Positions 9,654 through 20,039 are shown, counted from the first letter of the stretch. The stretch: DNA of 64,000 nucleotides from an uncultured Mycoplasmatota bacterium (GCA_900548695.1 URLC01000001.1:271354-335353), one strand, 5' to 3'. The notes: a model not told the origin generated them from the sequence alone. Numbers and translations: made by a program.

Positions 9654-10598
9654 TTAATCCTGGTCTTTTAGTTTATTTCCTTGATAAGTATTTCTTTTTA
9701 CCATTTCTTTATCGATGTCATTTAAAACACAGAATTTTTTCGTTAACCAATTTGGTTCTACAAGATCATCTAATTTAGGATCTCCTGTGATTCGATGAAT
9801 TACGATTTCTGGTCTTAGTAGCTCTAGCTGAGAAACAACAATATCTATGTATTCTTCTTTGGTTAATATAGGAAACTGTTTACTTTGGTACAGTTTTTCT
9901 AATGGAGTATCTTTTAAAATACTTAGCATATGGATTTTTATACCCTGAATATCTAAACTATTTAAATATTTTATAGTGTTTAACATATCTTCTTTAGTTT
10001 CATAGGGTAATCCATTAATAATATGTACAACAACATCAATATTATTGTCTCTTAATTTTTTTACCATATTTTCGAAGCAAGTTAAGCTATGGCAACGATT
10101 AATTAATTTAGAAGTATTTTTGTTGGTGGTTTGTAATCCTAATTCTATTGTTAAATATGTTTTTTTATTTAATTCCGACAAATAGTTTAGACATTCTTCA
10201 CTTATAGCGTCTGGCCTTGTAGCGATGTTTAAGCCAATAACATTATCGAATGAAAGGACTGTTTCATATAATTTTTTTAAAGTTTTTACAGGTGCATAGG
10301 TGTTGGTTCTAGCTTGAAAATAGCCAATATATTTAGCATTAGGCCATTTTTTTAACATCATATTTTTAATTTCTATAAATTGTTTACGTAAGGAATCTTC
10401 TTTATTGCCAGCAAATTCACCACTACCACTTTTAGAACAGTATATGCATCCACCATATCCTACGGTACCATCAATATTAGGACAAGAAAAACCCGCATTT
10501 AGACTAACTTTAAATACTTTCGAATTGAATTTTTGTTTGTAATAATAATCTAATGTATGATAGCGTTTATTAGTGTTACTATATTTAAATTGATTCAT
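9654..10598 (-). CDS. radical SAM protein, TIGR01212 (YhcC-like) family
   Basis: CPNIDGTVGYGGCIYCS cysteine motif near the N-terminus. Confidence 0.8.
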   Translation of the reverse strand: MNQFKYSNTNKRYHTLDYYYKQKFNSKVFKVSLNAGFSCPNIDGTVGYGGCIYCSKSGSGEFAGNKEDSLRKQFIEIKNMMLKKWPNAKYIGYFQARTNTYAPVKTLKKLYETVLSFDNVIGLNIATRPDAISEECLNYLSELNKKTYLTIELGLQTTNKNTSKLINRCHSLTCFENMVKKLRDNNIDVVVHIINGLPYETKEDMLNTIKYLNSLDIQGIKIHMLSILKDTPLEKLYQSKQFPILTKEEYIDIVVSQLELLRPEIVIHRITGDPKLDDLVEPNWLTKKFCVLNDIDKEMVKRNTYQGNKLKDQD

Positions 10599-11815
10599 TA
10601 TATTTCAATTATTGTATATAAATATAGAGCTTTTAGAAATGCCCAAGGATTCAGTAAGGCTCTTTTTTTAATACCTTTTTTCTTGTTTTTAATCATATCT
10701 ATCATACTTTTTAGTTCCTCTATTTCTTTTTTGTTTTCGGCTTTTAATTTTTTCTTTAATTGCCGATTGAAAGATTTTTCAGTATAGATTTTTGTTTCAT
10801 CTAAATTAAAGTCTTTAGCTAGGCTTTCCATTAGTTTTAAAGATATTTTATCTACCATTTCTTCGACTGAGGTTTCTTTTATTTTTAAGACTTTTTGGAA
10901 GTTATCAATCATTTTTTGGCCATTAATCGTTTGTTCAAATAAATAACCGAAAGTTTCTAGATGTTTTTTCTTGTTTTTTTTGATTGAACCTTTTTTAAAA
11001 GTATACTTATTTCCTTCTAGCTTATTGAATTTTTTTAGAGTGTCATTATAGCCTAAAGCAATATTTCTTTTGGCACATTCTTCATGAAAGTTTAAAAAGT
11101 TAGTTAACTTGTTATTTGGTTTTATTTTTATGGTTGGTACTTTTCTTTTTGGTTTACGATTGAATCCTGGAGCTGATAAATCTATTGCGATTATTTCATC
11201 GGCTCCCATATCTAAGGCTAAATTAATAGGAAGATTATCATAGATTCCACCATCAATATACTTATTTCCTTCTATTTCTTTTTGTTTGAAGGCAGGGTAG
11301 CAAGAAGCAGAGGCCATTAAGTAGTCACCAATTAAATGTTTAGGAATTTTTTCTTTCGTAATTTGAATTGGTTTTTTATTAGTTAAATTAAAGGTTACTA
11401 AACCATAATTAATCTTCGATTTATAAAACTTTTTATAGTTTATTTCTTTTTCAATTAATTCTTCTAGTTGTTTTACTTCCATACCACCATGTTTTATAAA
11501 ATTATTTCCATACATTTTCATTACTTCTAAATCATTGGTACTATTGGTTGCATTTTCTCCAAATAGTATTTGTAAATTTATTTTTTTCCATAGGTTGATA
11601 GCTTTGTGATAACTATTTTGAGTAATCAAGGCTCCATTTAATGCTCCTACTGATGTACCTGTTACTATATCAAATTTTATATGTAATTTTTTTAAGGCTT
11701 TCCAAACTCCTATTTGATAAGAGCCTTTTGAACCTCCACCAGACAAGACTAATGCTTTCATCTCTTCACATCCTTTTTCGTGCATTATTATATCATAAAA
11801 ATGTTGTAAATTCAA
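10598..11815 (-). CDS. patatin-like phospholipase
   Basis: GGGSKGSYQIGV oxyanion motif, GTSVGA nucleophile elbow, and DGG(I/V) catalytic Asp motif. Confidence 0.75.
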   Translation of the reverse strand: MNLQHFYDIIMHEKGCEEMKALVLSGGGSKGSYQIGVWKALKKLHIKFDIVTGTSVGALNGALITQNSYHKAINLWKKINLQILFGENATNSTNDLEVMKMYGNNFIKHGGMEVKQLEELIEKEINYKKFYKSKINYGLVTFNLTNKKPIQITKEKIPKHLIGDYLMASASCYPAFKQKEIEGNKYIDGGIYDNLPINLALDMGADEIIAIDLSAPGFNRKPKRKVPTIKIKPNNKLTNFLNFHEECAKRNIALGYNDTLKKFNKLEGNKYTFKKGSIKKNKKKHLETFGYLFEQTINGQKMIDNFQKVLKIKETSVEEMVDKISLKLMESLAKDFNLDETKIYTEKSFNRQLKKKLKAENKKEIEELKSMIDMIKNKKKGIKKRALLNPWAFLKALYLYTIIEI

Positions 11816-11841
11816 TTTGTGTGTTATACTTGTTATAGTAG

Positions 11842-12972
11842 GTGATGATTTTGAAAAGAAAATTTAAGTTGAAAAAATCTGTTTTGAAAAAAGTCAAAAT
11901 TTTAGGTGTTTTTTTACTTGTTTTCGTTTTGATATTTTGTTTTTATTCATCACGTATTCACCCTTTAACTAGTCTTGGCTACAGTAAAGAAGCTAGTCGA
12001 AAAATTTTGTTTAAGTTTAAGAGAGAGTATGTTTTATCTGTTGGTGAAAATAAAACACTTAATGCTGCGTTTGAAAGTGATGATTATCGTGAGGAGTATT
12101 TAGATCAGTATTCTAAAATAGATTATCAAAACCACAAACATTTGATTCGTAATATTAATACTTTGATAAAAAAAGGATATAGTAATGATAATATATCCAT
12201 GATATTAGCTCACGGTAATGATCAGGATGTAACAGAGTTTGCTAAAAGAGATAAAATTAGATATTTAGAAGAGTTTTTTAGCGTTCCATATGCTAAACTG
12301 AGAAATTATGATAGATATGTTTTATATAGTGATGAAACTGGTGAAGATGATGAGACTACTGTTTTGGCAGTCAATCTTGATATGGATAGGGAGGATTATC
12401 AAAATCCAGAAATCGTTGAAAAGTTTAGTACGGATATGTTGGTTAATAAGCATCGTTCTCTAACAAAGAAGTATGTTCCCAAAGACTTAGTTTCTATCGA
12501 TTTAAAGTATGCTGCTGATAATACACAAAAAGGGGCAAGAATTGCTGTTAATGCTTTTATTTCGATGTATAAAGCAGCTAAAAAAGACGGGTATGATTTA
12601 GTTATTAATTCTAGTTATCGAAGTTATAAAGATCAAGAAGAACTTTGTGAAACTTATAGAAAATTATATGGTGATAGTTATGTTGAGAAATATTTACCAA
12701 AGCCAGGTTTCTCAGAACACCAGACAGGTCTTTCCTTTGATATTGGTAGTAGAAATTCAGATGTTTTTGCAGAATCAGATGAGTATGAATGGGTACAAGA
12801 TAATGCTTATAAATATGGGTTTATTCAGAGGTTTAAGAAAAAAGACGAAGCTGTTACAGGCTTTCGGGCTGAGCCATGGCATTATCGATATGTAGGTAAA
12901 AAAATTGCCAAATATATATATGAAAATAATATTTCATTTGAAGAATATTATGCGATGTTTTTAGATTCATGA
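11842..12972 (+). CDS. M15 family D-alanyl-D-alanine carboxypeptidase (VanY-like), membrane anchored
   Basis: SEHQTGLSFDI and EPWHYRYVG zinc-binding motifs of the M15B/VanY family; N-terminal TM. Confidence 0.7.
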   Translation: MMILKRKFKLKKSVLKKVKILGVFLLVFVLIFCFYSSRIHPLTSLGYSKEASRKILFKFKREYVLSVGENKTLNAAFESDDYREEYLDQYSKIDYQNHKHLIRNINTLIKKGYSNDNISMILAHGNDQDVTEFAKRDKIRYLEEFFSVPYAKLRNYDRYVLYSDETGEDDETTVLAVNLDMDREDYQNPEIVEKFSTDMLVNKHRSLTKKYVPKDLVSIDLKYAADNTQKGARIAVNAFISMYKAAKKDGYDLVINSSYRSYKDQEELCETYRKLYGDSYVEKYLPKPGFSEHQTGLSFDIGSRNSDVFAESDEYEWVQDNAYKYGFIQRFKKKDEAVTGFRAEPWHYRYVGKKIAKYIYENNISFEEYYAMFLDS

Positions 12973-13056
12973 AAATAGCGATTTGCTATTTTTTTTCTTG
13001 GAATATATTTTGTTTTATGATATTATGTTACTAGAATAATAGGAAGGTGTTGGCTT

Positions 13057-15477
13057 ATGTATCCACTTGGAAGACAATTTGAAATAAATGATGACCGAGC
13101 AAAAAGTGATGACAAAACTATTGTCAAAGGTAAAAACTTTCGAATTACTGTTATTACTGAAAGAGTTGTCCGTTTAGAGTATTCTCCTAGTGGAGTTTTT
13201 GTAGATCGTCCGACTCAGCTTGTAGTACGGAGAAATTTGGGGTATCCAGAATTTCAAGTAAAGCAAGATACACAGTTTGTGGAGATTACTACTAAGTATT
13301 TTCATTTAACATATCTTAAAAAGCAACCTTTTGTTGGAAGTAAAGTTGATCCGATGCGAAATTTAAAAATAACGTTATTAAGTCGTGACCGTGATCGAAA
13401 TAAAGATTGGTATTATGGTCATCCTGAAGCTCGTAATATGTTGGGTAATTTTATTGGTGTTGATGTTGCTACTGATAAGAATTTGTGCAAGGGATTATAC
13501 TCATTAGATGGGTTTGCTTCTATTGATGATAGTAAAAATAAGATTTTGCTTGATGATGGAACGCTAGCGGATCCACCAACTGACCATACAGATATTTATG
13601 TTTTTATGTATGATCGAGATTTTAAACAAGCTTTATTTGATTATTTTAAACTAACTGGTTCTCCAGCGATGATACCTAGGTATGCTCTTGGTAATTGGTG
13701 GAGTAGAAATATTACATATGATGATTTTTCAACGACAGAGTTGCTTAAGAAGTTTGAAAAAAAGAAGATACCTTTTTCAGTTATGCTTTTTGACCATGAT
13801 TGGCATTATAGAAATGTTGGGGATTATACTGATTTAAAAGTTGGATATACTTTTAATACTAATTTATTTAGAAACCCGAAGGAAATGATTGATAAATTTC
13901 ATCAAAGAGGTATTAGGGTTGGTCTTTGTATTAATCCAGAACAAGGATTTTATCCGCACGAGCAATATTATAAACAAGCTAGTGAATTTTTAGGAGTTAC
14001 TGATTCTAAAATTATTATGTTTGATCCTTTAAATCCTAAGATTTTAGATGTTTTATTTAAAGCGTTTTTACATCCTTTAGAAAATTATGGAGTTGATTTC
14101 TTTTGGAATGATTATAAAGGAGATTCTAATCCAACTAATTTATGGACTATAAATCATTATTTATATTTAGATTCTGGAAAAAGTCAGGAAAAAAGAAGTA
14201 TGATTTTAGCTAGAAATGGTATTTATGGTGCTCATCGTTATCCGGTTCTTTATGGAGGAAGTAGTGAGGTTAGTTGGGAAGCCTTGAAAAAATTGCCATT
14301 TCAATATTTAAATGCTGCTAATATAGGAGTTAGTTGGTGGAGTCATGATGTTGCTGGAAATCATGGTGGAATTGAAGAGAGTGAACTTTATATTAGATAT
14401 TTGGAACTTAGTGTATATTCTCCTATTTTACGATTTCATGGGGCTAGAGGTCCTTACTATAAAAGAGAACCATGGTTATGGGATGTAAAAACAGAAAATA
14501 TTGCAGCTGAGTATTTACGCCTTCGCCATAGATTGATTCCTTATTTATATACAGAAGCTTATAATTATACAAAGGCTGGCACACCACTCATTCAACCATT
14601 TTATTATAATTATCTTTGGGTTTATGATGATGATTTGTATAAAAATCAATACTATTTTGGTTCACAATTGTTAGTTTGTCCGATTTTAGATAAGAAAGAT
14701 CCTACTATGAATCGTACTATTCATCGTTTCTTTATACCTGATGGTATTTGGTATGATTTTAAGACGGGAAAGAAATTTCCAGGTAATAAAAAATATATTT
14801 CTTTCTTTAAAGAAGAGGATTATCCAGTATTTGCACATGCTGGTAGTATTATTCCACTTTCTAATAGAAGTGATTATAATAACATTGGTCTTCCTACTGA
14901 TATGGAAATTCAAATATTTCCTGGTGTTTCTAATACATATACTTTATATGAAGATGATGGTATTACTTCTTTGTATAAGGAAGGGTATTATTTGAAAACT
15001 TCTATTGACTATAATTATTTAAGAAATAATTATACAGTTATTATTAGAGCGATTGATGGTAAAACGGGTATTGTTCCTGATAAGAGAAATTATAAGCTAG
15101 TATTTAGAAATACAAAGCAAGCTCAAGATGTGACGGCATACTATAATTCAAATAAAATACCAGTTACTTCATCTATTGATGGAAATGATTTTGTAGTTGA
15201 AATCAAAGATTGTCCTACCGTTGGTCAGTTAACGGTTAGTTGTAAAGGTAGAGATATTGAAATCGATGCGGTTCGTTTAATTAATGATGATATTAATAGT
15301 ATTTTAGTGGATTTACAGATTGAAACCTATTTAAAAGAAGATATTGCTAAAATTATGTTTGGTAAAGACACTATTAGTCATAAAAGAATAGCCATTAGAA
15401 AGTTAAAGAGTAGGGGACTTTCTAAAGAATATATTCAATTATTCTTGAGGTTATTAGAATATATTAGTGAATTTTAG
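13057..15477 (+). CDS. glycoside hydrolase, probably family 31 (alpha-glucosidase/alpha-xylosidase-like), cytoplasmic
   Basis: ALGNWWSRN, FFWNDYKGD (WxDMNE-like nucleophile region) and WWSHDVAGN (acid/base region). 806 aa, no signal peptide. Confidence 0.5.
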   Translation: MYPLGRQFEINDDRAKSDDKTIVKGKNFRITVITERVVRLEYSPSGVFVDRPTQLVVRRNLGYPEFQVKQDTQFVEITTKYFHLTYLKKQPFVGSKVDPMRNLKITLLSRDRDRNKDWYYGHPEARNMLGNFIGVDVATDKNLCKGLYSLDGFASIDDSKNKILLDDGTLADPPTDHTDIYVFMYDRDFKQALFDYFKLTGSPAMIPRYALGNWWSRNITYDDFSTTELLKKFEKKKIPFSVMLFDHDWHYRNVGDYTDLKVGYTFNTNLFRNPKEMIDKFHQRGIRVGLCINPEQGFYPHEQYYKQASEFLGVTDSKIIMFDPLNPKILDVLFKAFLHPLENYGVDFFWNDYKGDSNPTNLWTINHYLYLDSGKSQEKRSMILARNGIYGAHRYPVLYGGSSEVSWEALKKLPFQYLNAANIGVSWWSHDVAGNHGGIEESELYIRYLELSVYSPILRFHGARGPYYKREPWLWDVKTENIAAEYLRLRHRLIPYLYTEAYNYTKAGTPLIQPFYYNYLWVYDDDLYKNQYYFGSQLLVCPILDKKDPTMNRTIHRFFIPDGIWYDFKTGKKFPGNKKYISFFKEEDYPVFAHAGSIIPLSNRSDYNNIGLPTDMEIQIFPGVSNTYTLYEDDGITSLYKEGYYLKTSIDYNYLRNNYTVIIRAIDGKTGIVPDKRNYKLVFRNTKQAQDVTAYYNSNKIPVTSSIDGNDFVVEIKDCPTVGQLTVSCKGRDIEIDAVRLINDDINSILVDLQIETYLKEDIAKIMFGKDTISHKRIAIRKLKSRGLSKEYIQLFLRLLEYISEF

Positions 15478-15488
15478 GGGGGATTTAT

Positions 15489-16391
15489 ATGATTTCAGGT
15501 AATCAATTTCGTGAGTTGCAAAATTATGTTATTAAAAATTTTGATTATGAAAAAGATTATGATTATAATATAGCTATTAATGATTCTTTAATTTCACATT
15601 TAGTATCTGGGGATTTAGATAATATCTTGTTTTCTGATGCTGATGAAAGTACCTTAAAACTGTTACATCAATATCAGTATTTATGTTTTTATGAGGGTGA
15701 TTCGGAGCTTTGGATGGACTCTGTTGAAGATTATCATCAAATTGATGAGTCTTTGAATGCTTATCAAGTTTTGAATAATTTTATATTTTTATATTATGTT
15801 GCTAAAGATGGCGGCAAGGAAACGTTAGAACAATTGTCGAAATTTCAGGATTATGAGGGTTATAATGAAAGTTCGGTTATTGAGTATTTACGTAATACCT
15901 TTGGAAATGATACTCTTTTAGAACATGCTTTATTGATTATGGCTAATCCTTCTAGTTTATATTCTGTATTTACTGATTCACAAAAAGCAGAATTATTAAC
16001 TTTTCCAGAGGGTACAGTTTATTTTTATGGAGAAAATGGTCCTGAACTTTCACATCCTTTACTACTATCTATGGAAATTTATAATCGTATGAAAGATAGT
16101 CCAACAGATATTACATCTTTAGATGAATTTTCTAGTATGGCTTTAGAACTTAGACAAATCATGGGTGAATCACCTAATTTTTCGGAGACTGTACGAACGA
16201 TGTCTGGTGATTATCATGAGGCAATTCGAAGAATTACTGGTGGTAAGCAACAAAGTGTGTATGAACTTTTTCGTGATTATAAAAATGATATGCCACAGTT
16301 GGGATGGAGTATTGAGCAAAATGAATTAGTAAAAATGTTAAATACTCCTTATAGTCCGGTTTCTTCAGACAATTCTAAGGGAAAAAAATAA
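15489..16391 (+). CDS. hypothetical acidic cytoplasmic protein, probably co-transcribed with the GH31 gene
   Basis: 12-bp gap from the upstream gene; no recognisable motifs. Confidence 0.4.
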   Translation: MISGNQFRELQNYVIKNFDYEKDYDYNIAINDSLISHLVSGDLDNILFSDADESTLKLLHQYQYLCFYEGDSELWMDSVEDYHQIDESLNAYQVLNNFIFLYYVAKDGGKETLEQLSKFQDYEGYNESSVIEYLRNTFGNDTLLEHALLIMANPSSLYSVFTDSQKAELLTFPEGTVYFYGENGPELSHPLLLSMEIYNRMKDSPTDITSLDEFSSMALELRQIMGESPNFSETVRTMSGDYHEAIRRITGGKQQSVYELFRDYKNDMPQLGWSIEQNELVKMLNTPYSPVSSDNSKGKK

Positions 16392-16398
16392 AATATGC

Positions 16399-16427
16399 TT
16401 GTCAAAAAGAGAAAAATTTACTATACT
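16399..16427 (+). promoter_or_regulatory. sigma-A-type promoter TTGTCA-17 bp-TATACT driving the leucine T-box leader
   Basis: -35 at 16399-16404, 17-bp spacer, -10 at 16422-16427. Confidence 0.6.
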
Positions 16428-16433
16428 AGTAAC

Positions 16434-16645
16434 ATATTGAAATATTGCTAGTAGTAGTAGTGTAGTTTCTTATTTCTAGAGAGTTTATGGTTGGTGAAAG
16501 TAAACAATAAGTGCTATATGAACTTGATTGGCTGATAGTATTTAGGGTTAGACCTTTATCTCAATAAAGCTGCGTAGTAGAACTACGAAGTAAGGTGGTA
16601 CCGCGAAGATTCGTCCTTATAGTTGTATAGGGGCGTTTTTTTTAT
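16434..16645 (+). promoter_or_regulatory. T-box riboswitch leader, leucine-specific (candidate specifier CUU at 16523-16525), ending in an intrinsic terminator
   Basis: AGAGAG stem-I element; GAACUUGA specifier context; conserved T-box AAGGTGGTACCGCG at 16593-16606; terminator hairpin TCGTCCTTATAGTTGTATAGGGGCG plus a T-tract. Confidence 0.85.
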
Positions 16646-16656
16646 AGGAGGATTTT

Positions 16657-17013
16657 ATGTTTCAGGAGTTTATTTTATTTACTATGTGTTTTTTTGTAGT
16701 GTTAGTGGTATATGAAATTTTTATTGTTAGGAAAACTAAAAAGGATAAGAACAAAAAAAAACCTATGGAAGTTAGATACTTAATTACTAGGTATCATTTA
16801 AATATGCAAAAAGTGGATTATCCACAATTGTTACAAATTGTTGCTTTAGTATCATCGTTTGATATTGCACTTATAGTTTCTTTAGCGATGATTGTTGATT
16901 CCTATTTATGGCAACTTCTTTTGGTTTTAATACTAGTTTTACCTGTTATTGTTGTTAGTTATCATTTTGTTGGGATATTTTATAGAAAGAGAGGAATGAC
17001 GAAGAATGTATAA
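16657..17013 (+). CDS. small polytopic membrane protein (118 aa), hypothetical; translationally coupled to leuS
   Basis: Strong RBS AGGAGG 7 nt upstream; 3 TM segments; stop overlaps the leuS start (ATGTATAA). Confidence 0.45.
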   Translation: MFQEFILFTMCFFVVLVVYEIFIVRKTKKDKNKKKPMEVRYLITRYHLNMQKVDYPQLLQIVALVSSFDIALIVSLAMIVDSYLWQLLLVLILVLPVIVVSYHFVGIFYRKRGMTKNV

Positions 17014-19819
17014 TTTTAGTAAAATAGAGGAAAAATGGAGAAAATATTGGGAAGATAATGATACTTTTCATACTGATGTTTGGGATTTTAGTAAGCCTAA
17101 GTTTTATGCTTTAGATATGTTTCCTTATCCTTCTGGAGTAGGACTACATGCAGGACATGCTGAAGGGTATACTGCTACTGATATTATTTCTCGAATGAAG
17201 AGAATGCAAGGATATAATGTATTGCATCCGATGGGCTATGATTCTTTTGGGTTACCAGCAGAACAGTATGCTGTAACTACTGGTAATCATCCTAATGGAT
17301 TTACACAAAAAAATATTGAAACTTTTAGTAATCAGTTAAAAGCTATTGGTTTTGATTATGATTGGTCTAAAACTTTACAAACAAGTGATCCTAAATTTTA
17401 TAAATGGACACAATGGATTTTTAAACAATTATATAATGATGGTTATGCTAAATATATTGATATGCCAGTTAACTGGTGTGAAGAACTTGGGACTGTATTA
17501 TCTAATGATGAAGTAATTGATGGTAAAAGTGAACGTGGTGGATTTCCTGTTGTTAGAAAGAATATGAAACAATGGGTTATTGATCAAGCTGCTTTTGCTG
17601 AAAAATTACTTGCTGGGCTTGATGAACTTGACTGGCCTGAGTCTACTAAGGAAATGCAAAGAAATTGGATTGGCAAATCCATTGGAGCGCAGGTTATTTT
17701 TAAAGTGGCTGGTACTTCAGAAGAATTTAAAGTTTTTACTACTCGTTGTGATACTTTATTTGGAGCTACTTATTGTGTTATGGCCCCAGAACATGAGCTT
17801 GTTGATAAAATTACAACAGCTTCACAGAAAGAAGCAGTAGATTCTTATAAGAGAGTATGTGCTACTAAAAGTGATTTAGAAAGAACAGAACTTAATAAAG
17901 AAAAAACGGGTGTTTTTACTGGTTGTTATGCGGTTAATCCAGTTAATAATAAAGAAATTCCAATCTATATTTCGGATTACGTTTTAGCAAGTTATGGTAC
18001 TGGTGCTATTATGGCGGTTCCAGCACATGATGATCGTGATTTTGAATTTGCAACTAAGTTTAATATTCCAATTATTCAAGTGTTAGAAGAAGTTACTGGT
18101 AAAAAACATGATGATGAGTCTAAAAAAGAGTCTATTGTGGCTATTGTATATGATAAAGAAGAAGATAAGTACTTAACCGTTAATTGGAAAGAAAATGGTG
18201 GTCGTCTATTTATTGGTGGAACTAGAAAAGAAAATGAGTCTGCGGTAGATTGTGCTATTCGTGAGGTTTTAGAAGAAACTGGGTATACTGATATCGAACT
18301 TGTATGTGAGGATTTTAAAATTAATCATCATTATTATGCTTATAATAAAGATAAATACTTTAATATTGAGGCTACTCCATTATTGTTTGCACTTAAGAGT
18401 AAGAAACAAGATTCTCAAAATTTAGAGGAAGATGAAAGTTTTACTGTTGAATGGGTAGATAAGTCTACTATTTTAAAAGAAATCAAGGATGAATTACATT
18501 TGAAATCGTTTGAATATGTTTTAAATCCACGTGCGATGTCAGGTGATGGTATTCATATTAATTCAGATTTTTTAAATGGTTTAAATAAAGAAGATGCTAT
18601 TGACAAAATGATAGATTGGCTTACTGAGCATAATTGTGGTTCTAAGCAAGTGAATTATCGCATGAGAGAGTGGATTTTTGCTAGACAAAGATATTGGGGA
18701 GAACCAATGCCAGTTGTTTATTTAGAAAATGGGGATATTCATATTTTAGATGATGATGAGTTACCACTTATTTTACCTGAGCTTGATGATTATAAAGGTC
18801 ATGGTGGTAAGGCTCCACTTGAAAATGCCAGTGATTGGAAACAATATAGTCATAATGGTTTGAAAGGGGTTCGAGAAACTTCTACTATGCCTGGTTCGGC
18901 TGGCTCATCTTGGTATTATTTAAGATATATTGATCCAGAAAATAATGACTTTTTTGCTAATCAAGAGCTATTGAAACACTGGATGCCAGTTGATTTATAT
19001 ATTGGAGGACCAGAGCATGTTGTTGGTCATTTGATGTATTCTAGAATTTGGAATAATTATTTATATGATAAGGGATTATCTCCTGTTAAAGAACCATTTA
19101 AAAAACTAGTTCATCAGGGAATGATTTTAGGGGCTAATGGTATTAAGATGGGTAAACGTTATCCTGAGTTTGCAATTGATCCACTTGATATTGTTCGTGA
19201 TTATGGAGCTGATACTTTAAGGCTTTATGAAATGTTTATGGGTCCACTTGAAGCTTCTAAACCTTGGAGTCAACAAGGAGTTGAAGGTGCTCAAAAATTT
19301 TTGGATAGAATTTATCGTTTATATGAATCAGAAAAACTTCAAGATACAGAAAATAAAAATCTTGAAAAGATTTATCATCAAACTGTTAAAAAGGTAACTG
19401 ATGATTTTGAAACACTTAATTTTAATACTGCAATTAGTCAAATGATGATATTTATCAATGCAGTTTATAAAGAAGAAATATTTCCTAAAGAATATGCTGA
19501 AGGATTTGTTAAATTGTTAAATCCTGTTGCTCCTCATATTTCTGAAGAGATTTGGGAAATGTTAGGTCATCATGGTACTATGGCTTATGAAGCTTGGCCT
19601 ACTTATGACGCATCTAAATTGGTTGAAAATACTAAAGAGATAGCAGTTCAGGTAAATGGTAAGGTTCGGGCTACTATAACTATCTCTGTTGATGAAGATG
19701 AGGAAATTATTAAAGAGAAAGCATTGGATGCTGAGAATGTTAAGCGTCATACGGATGGCAAAGAGATTATAAAAGTAATCGTTATAAAAGGTAAAATTGT
19801 TAATATCGTGGTTAAATAA
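17006..19819 (+). CDS. leuS: leucine--tRNA ligase carrying an in-frame Nudix hydrolase domain insertion (937 aa)
   Basis: HAGHAEGY (HIGH); CP1 editing motifs TTRCDTLFG and [15 protein letters not shown]; KMGKR in place of KMSKS; anticodon-binding and C-terminal domains present. Nudix box [24 protein letters not shown] at 18215-18286. Confidence 0.93.
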   Translation: MYNFSKIEEKWRKYWEDNDTFHTDVWDFSKPKFYALDMFPYPSGVGLHAGHAEGYTATDIISRMKRMQGYNVLHPMGYDSFGLPAEQYAVTTGNHPNGFTQKNIETFSNQLKAIGFDYDWSKTLQTSDPKFYKWTQWIFKQLYNDGYAKYIDMPVNWCEELGTVLSNDEVIDGKSERGGFPVVRKNMKQWVIDQAAFAEKLLAGLDELDWPESTKEMQRNWIGKSIGAQVIFKVAGTSEEFKVFTTRCDTLFGATYCVMAPEHELVDKITTASQKEAVDSYKRVCATKSDLERTELNKEKTGVFTGCYAVNPVNNKEIPIYISDYVLASYGTGAIMAVPAHDDRDFEFATKFNIPIIQVLEEVTGKKHDDESKKESIVAIVYDKEEDKYLTVNWKENGGRLFIGGTRKENESAVDCAIREVLEETGYTDIELVCEDFKINHHYYAYNKDKYFNIEATPLLFALKSKKQDSQNLEEDESFTVEWVDKSTILKEIKDELHLKSFEYVLNPRAMSGDGIHINSDFLNGLNKEDAIDKMIDWLTEHNCGSKQVNYRMREWIFARQRYWGEPMPVVYLENGDIHILDDDELPLILPELDDYKGHGGKAPLENASDWKQYSHNGLKGVRETSTMPGSAGSSWYYLRYIDPENNDFFANQELLKHWMPVDLYIGGPEHVVGHLMYSRIWNNYLYDKGLSPVKEPFKKLVHQGMILGANGIKMGKRYPEFAIDPLDIVRDYGADTLRLYEMFMGPLEASKPWSQQGVEGAQKFLDRIYRLYESEKLQDTENKNLEKIYHQTVKKVTDDFETLNFNTAISQMMIFINAVYKEEIFPKEYAEGFVKLLNPVAPHISEEIWEMLGHHGTMAYEAWPTYDASKLVENTKEIAVQVNGKVRATITISVDEDEEIIKEKALDAENVKRHTDGKEIIKVIVIKGKIVNIVVK

Positions 19820-19887
19820 TAAATTATTATAAAAAAATACAAAAGTATCTTACTTTTGTTCTAAAAAATGATTTTTTATTACTAAAA

Positions 19888-19929
19888 AAAGAGGTAATGA
19901 TATTCGCTTGGATATCATCTCTTTTTTTG
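19888..19929 (+). terminator. rho-independent terminator after leuS
   Basis: Hairpin AGAGGTAATGATAT...ATATCATCTCT followed by a T7 tract. Confidence 0.7.
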
Positions 19930-20010
19930 GAAATTTATTTTAATGGTTAATACGTTTTATATAGTTAAGTAAAATATTTTACTTTGTTCATTTATGTGGT
20001 TAATTATAAA

Positions 20011-20039
20011 TTGACATTTTAAATTTAATATGTTATAAT
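20011..20039 (+). promoter_or_regulatory. perfect consensus sigma-A promoter TTGACA-17 bp-TGtTATAAT
   Basis: -35 TTGACA at 20011-20016, 17-bp spacer, extended -10 TGTTATAAT at 20031-20039; ATG at 20065 with an AGAGGGGGA RBS. Confidence 0.7.

Noticed and set aside
12647-12895. 82-aa ORF inside the M15 carboxypeptidase gene
   Set aside because: Alternative frame embedded in a CDS that carries the conserved zinc-binding motifs.
14686-14995. Two short ORFs (75 and 84 aa) inside the GH31 gene
   Set aside because: Embedded or antisense within a long conserved CDS.
17580-17840. 86-aa ORF inside leuS
   Set aside because: Out-of-frame overlap with a highly conserved synthetase region.
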